From contig OY769902.1 of the NCBI GenBank assembly GCA_963669175.1, forward strand, positions 1,271,240-1,335,239: a stretch of 64,000 nucleotides of DNA, given 5' to 3'. The position numbers and the translations under genes were made by a program. Shown here piece by piece: positions 60,831 to 64,000 of the stretch; within the stretch, counting starts at the first letter, position 1, and every line of letters begins with the position of its first letter. The notes below the pieces were generated by a model, which was given only the letters and a program-made list of their open reading frames with translations, was not told the origin of the DNA and did not search any database. The stretch comes from a bacterium. Its GTDB lineage: Bacteria; Electryoneota; Electryoneia; Electryoneales; Electryoneaceae.

Positions 60831-62588
60831 ATGCCACGAAACCTCCTGTACATGATAGTCGTTGTGTTGATGTTTGCTGCCCCGGTATGTGCGATGGATA
60901 TTTTCCAGGCAATCTGGCAGGATGAAGTCGACAGCCTTACCACCCTGATCAATGCTGATCCCAAGGCCAAATTTCTGAAGGAACGGGATGAAGCGGGACG
61001 TTATCCCCTTCATGTGGCGGTAGTTGCGGATAATGAACGCATGTTTGACATGTTGCTGGCGCGTGGCGGCGATATCAACATGGTCGATAAAAATGGGCTT
61101 ACTCCCCTGTTGTATGCAGTAGTCACCGAGAACCTGTCTTTCGTAAAACACTTGCTTGAATTGGGAGCAAATGTTGCTATTGTTACTCCGCATGGCGACT
61201 CAGGGATCCATCTTGCCGCCGCCAGAAACAACACAGCCATTATCGAGAACCTTGCAGCGTACCATGGCGACCTGAACGCTGCGAACGAAACCGGGCAACG
61301 TCCGCTCCATATCGCTGTGACCATCGGACAGCCAAACCTGATCCATTTCCTGATTGATCGTGGCGCCGATCCGAACCAGGGCGACCGTGATGGCATCACG
61401 CCGCTTCACCTGGCTGTCATGCAGGGTAGTCCGGCGATGGTTACCCTGCTGCTGGATCGTGGGGCAGCGGTGAATCTGCAAACAGCCTCTTCCTTCGACA
61501 TACCGGCCGGACGTGAAGGAACTCCGATACACTTGGCAATCCTGTTCGATCGTTCGAGAACATTGAAAACACTTTTCGACTACAGCCCGAACACACGAAT
61601 CCAGAACAAAGCAGGCTATACCCCGTTGATGGTCGCCATTGATGAAGGCAACATGGATATGGTTGACCAGTTGCTGCGCGCCCGTGCGGATGTCGAGAAC
61701 AAGGAAGGCTTCCCGACACCCATGGACCAGGCGCTGGAGTTGGGCAGCTTTGAACTGGTCGATCGTCTGATCCAGTATGGGTACCCGGTAAACCGTCCGA
61801 ACCCGAAGGGACGGCCGCCGCTCAACGAAGCGATTCACCGTGAGTATGTGGATATCGTAGAACTGCTGCTGGACAACGGCGCGGAAGTGGAAGGCACCGA
61901 GACTTCTGAATACCCGATGGATGTGGCGATGGATGTACGCAACCTGGCTATTATCGATCACCTGATTCTTGCCGGAGTATTCCTGGAAGCTCAAAACGAA
62001 CGTGGCAATACACCACTTCGTACTGCGGTAAATAATGAGGATATTCCGCTTGTGCGGTTATTGTGCAACCGTGACGCAAATGTCAACGAATTCACAGAAC
62101 AGGGGGAATTGACCCTGCTGCAGACCGCGATTAAAAAGGGAAATATCGAGATCACACGTATGCTGATTGAAAGCGGTGCTGAAACAGAATGTGGGGAAAC
62201 GCTGGAAGATTCGCCGATCTTCATGGCGATGGACGAAGGTTACATGTTTCTCGCGCTTACGTTGGATGCTTATGACGCCGATGTGAACCGTCGGGACGTG
62301 GAAGGCAATACTTACCTGCATTACGCGGCCCAGATGAGCGATGTTCGCATGATCGGCCTGTTGATGGATGCCGGGGCGGATGTGGACGCGACCAATGACA
62401 TGGAAGAGACACCGTTGCATCGTGCCGCTCAGAAGGGAAATGAGGAAGCGGTGGAGATGCTGCTGGCGTATGGCGCGGATATCAACGCCGAAGATGCAGC
62501 CGGGCAGACGCCGCTCGACGTGGCGCGCGGTCATGCACAGGAACTGCTGTTCCTCTACAATGCCCGGAATGGCAACGCCGAAGAATGA
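60831..62588 (+). CDS. Secreted ankyrin-repeat protein
   Basis: The track ORF starts at 60792; ATG 60831 gives the signal peptide MPRNLLYMIVVVLMFAAPVCA. About 15 or more repeats of G-x-TPLH-x-A...LL..GA-D-x-N follow. Confidence 0.88.
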   Translation: MPRNLLYMIVVVLMFAAPVCAMDIFQAIWQDEVDSLTTLINADPKAKFLKERDEAGRYPLHVAVVADNERMFDMLLARGGDINMVDKNGLTPLLYAVVTENLSFVKHLLELGANVAIVTPHGDSGIHLAAARNNTAIIENLAAYHGDLNAANETGQRPLHIAVTIGQPNLIHFLIDRGADPNQGDRDGITPLHLAVMQGSPAMVTLLLDRGAAVNLQTASSFDIPAGREGTPIHLAILFDRSRTLKTLFDYSPNTRIQNKAGYTPLMVAIDEGNMDMVDQLLRARADVENKEGFPTPMDQALELGSFELVDRLIQYGYPVNRPNPKGRPPLNEAIHREYVDIVELLLDNGAEVEGTETSEYPMDVAMDVRNLAIIDHLILAGVFLEAQNERGNTPLRTAVNNEDIPLVRLLCNRDANVNEFTEQGELTLLQTAIKKGNIEITRMLIESGAETECGETLEDSPIFMAMDEGYMFLALTLDAYDADVNRRDVEGNTYLHYAAQMSDVRMIGLLMDAGADVDATNDMEETPLHRAAQKGNEEAVEMLLAYGADINAEDAAGQTPLDVARGHAQELLFLYNARNGNAEE

Positions 62589-62589
62589 T

Positions 62590-62612
62590 GACTCACAGGA
62601 TGCAAGGATACT
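62590..62612 (+). repeat. Family D short forward arm (D8)
   Basis: ACTCACAGGATGCAAGGATACTG lies directly after the ankyrin stop and abuts B3. Confidence 0.7.
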
Positions 62613-62862
62613 GATGGAAAATTGAGACTGCCACTCTTTTCGCTTGTGAGTATGTTGTGGATTGTGAACCATGTTGAATTTCAGACTCTGGGTATTGCTT
62701 ACTGGAAAACATGTTACGAAAAGGTGGCTGTCCCGGCATTTTCCTGCGTGGAACTATCCTGTATTGCAAGCGAAAAATCTGGTACAGTTACCTTTTCATC
62801 AAGACTGGTATGATAGTCCTGTAGTTGAAAACATGAAAAGGTAACAGTCCCATTTTTCGGAA
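62611..62862 (-). repeat. Family B element, copy B3 (inverted)
   Basis: Dyad boxes at 62616-62641, 62718-62744, 62772-62797 and 62835-62858, in reversed order relative to B1 and B2. Confidence 0.85.
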
Positions 62863-63305
62863 GTTTATACCAATAAAGCCGCACAAGATGAAACCGGACA
62901 TCAGAAGATGAGTGTAACTACTGAAGGTTCTGTCAGCTTAACTTGAACCGCATCGAGAGTCGTGGTTTGCGAGTTTACCATACAAATGTGAGAGTCCGCC
63001 CATGCGCTTCATCCTCGAACTCATTTCATGGATTGTTGATCCGATCCTGGGAATTTTCGGATGGTTTGTCAATGATGTCATCCGGGTGGATCGTGAGACG
63101 CGTCGGAAGACTTGATGAAATATTATCAATAACTTAAACTGTTCAGGCTTTGAGGATAGTAGCGCCCTATTAAAAGGAGCATTTTGTGTCTGGAAGTGTT
63201 GCGTTCAATAAGATTTCCAATTATATTTGGCAAAGTAGTTATCTTAGCGAAGTCTCGCTTCTCAACACCCACATTCTTCATTCCCACCTTCCATGGAGGC
63301 TAGTT

Positions 63306-63674
63306 ATGCCGACGAACCACTCTCTCCAAAAGCCACCTCAAGCAAAACAACCCCAAAAGGAAAAATCAAGAACATCTTTTGATATTCTTGTACAAGTGTT
63401 CACCGAAAACCTTCGATTCATTCTTTTTGGCCTTATGGCGCCAATTGCTTCATCCATTATTTATATCGCAACGCACAGTATTGTTGCGGTATTTTTCACA
63501 ATAGCTACGATGATGATAATAATCTATTATCCAGTCGTTAAATCAGGTATCAATCACAGTAAAACCTTTCATCTGAATATGCAATTCTGGAAATCGATAT
63601 TCAGTATTGACATGGAAGTTGATAACGGCAAAATAAGCACAAATACAACAGAGCAGAAGGACGAAAGGAAGTAA
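63306..63674 (+). CDS. Hypothetical small membrane protein (low-GC region)
   Basis: The track ORF starts at GTG 63186; ATG 63306 is preceded by GGAGG 6 nt upstream. It has two hydrophobic helices (FILFGLMAPIASSIIYIA, VAVFFTIATMMIIIYYPVV). No family recognised. Confidence 0.45.
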   Translation: MPTNHSLQKPPQAKQPQKEKSRTSFDILVQVFTENLRFILFGLMAPIASSIIYIATHSIVAVFFTIATMMIIIYYPVVKSGINHSKTFHLNMQFWKSIFSIDMEVDNGKISTNTTEQKDERK

Positions 63675-64000
63675 ACAAAGTTCGGGAGTATTCCTGATGG
63701 AACTGAATCAGGTAGTCCAAACGTATAACCTATGAACGGAAGAAGTCGGGTGGATGATAACCAGAAGATAAACTCCAAGAGTCAATACATTTATTAAGGT
63801 TTATAAACTCAAGCTTCAGGAATCCAACGGTTTCTCGGTATTCTGTGTCTTATCTCGCATTTTTGCTCTTCATGTTTAAGATGTTGATATATAACAAGCA
63901 AGGGATTCACAATGTAAGCTGCGCCCGTATTCGCCTAACAGTTGACTTGACTTCGAGTTAAAATTCTACTATTATTCAATAGGAGTACGATTTGATAACG

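Overview
This is a 64-kb chromosomal segment of about 50% GC (by eye) from a Gram-negative bacterium. Two secreted proteins carry T9SS-type C-terminal sorting domains and the TonB receptor has a CarboxypepD_reg-type N-terminus. These suggest the FCB superphylum or a neighbour, but that is inference because no rRNA is present. I call about 40 CDS and one tRNA. They include housekeeping genes (miaA, malQ, uvrA, lysS, alr, tRNA-Ser(GCU)) and a MarR plus RND efflux operon. There is an HK/OmpR pair and two sigma-54 activators, one of which has Glu at the phospho-acceptor position. A MerR(Cys-rich) / NarI-DsrM-like / HdrD-DsrK-like / receiver operon sits next to a PAS kinase with Cys motifs. Other genes are a 19-heme cytochrome c fused to a b-type membrane domain, a TonB receptor with a His-motif lipoprotein, and T9SS cargo (an S8 protease and an FG-GAP protein). 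A PHP-GT4 fusion lies with GMC and SDR oxidoreductases, and there are a secreted ankyrin protein and a tectonin-like propeller. The most unusual property is non-coding. Roughly one fifth of the window is intergenic, and much of that is a mosaic of interspersed repeat/hairpin families, named A-J here only for convenience, mostly in gene 3' regions. A is a 332-bp TIR-bounded element with four GACCTG-core boxes that can pair in two exclusive ways; a TIR-less diverged copy keeps only those boxes at preserved spacing. B and C are ~300-bp elements built from arrays of a dyad-symmetric GAAAAGG..AC.GT..CCTTTTC box, with at least 24 copies. D consists of inverted arrays of AGGAT at a strict 9-nt phase behind a GAATTTACAGGAT terminus. 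G is a purine-rich box that starts at or near stop codons. H is a set of solitary hairpins shaped like type I-E CRISPR repeats. E and F are small hairpin motifs with compensatory changes. J is a 468-bp TIR element. Nested insertions with target-site duplications (A in D, J in D) show that at least some families are or were mobile. No transposase, integrase, Cas or RAYT gene is present in the window. I cannot assign any of these families to a named RNA or IS family from sequence alone.
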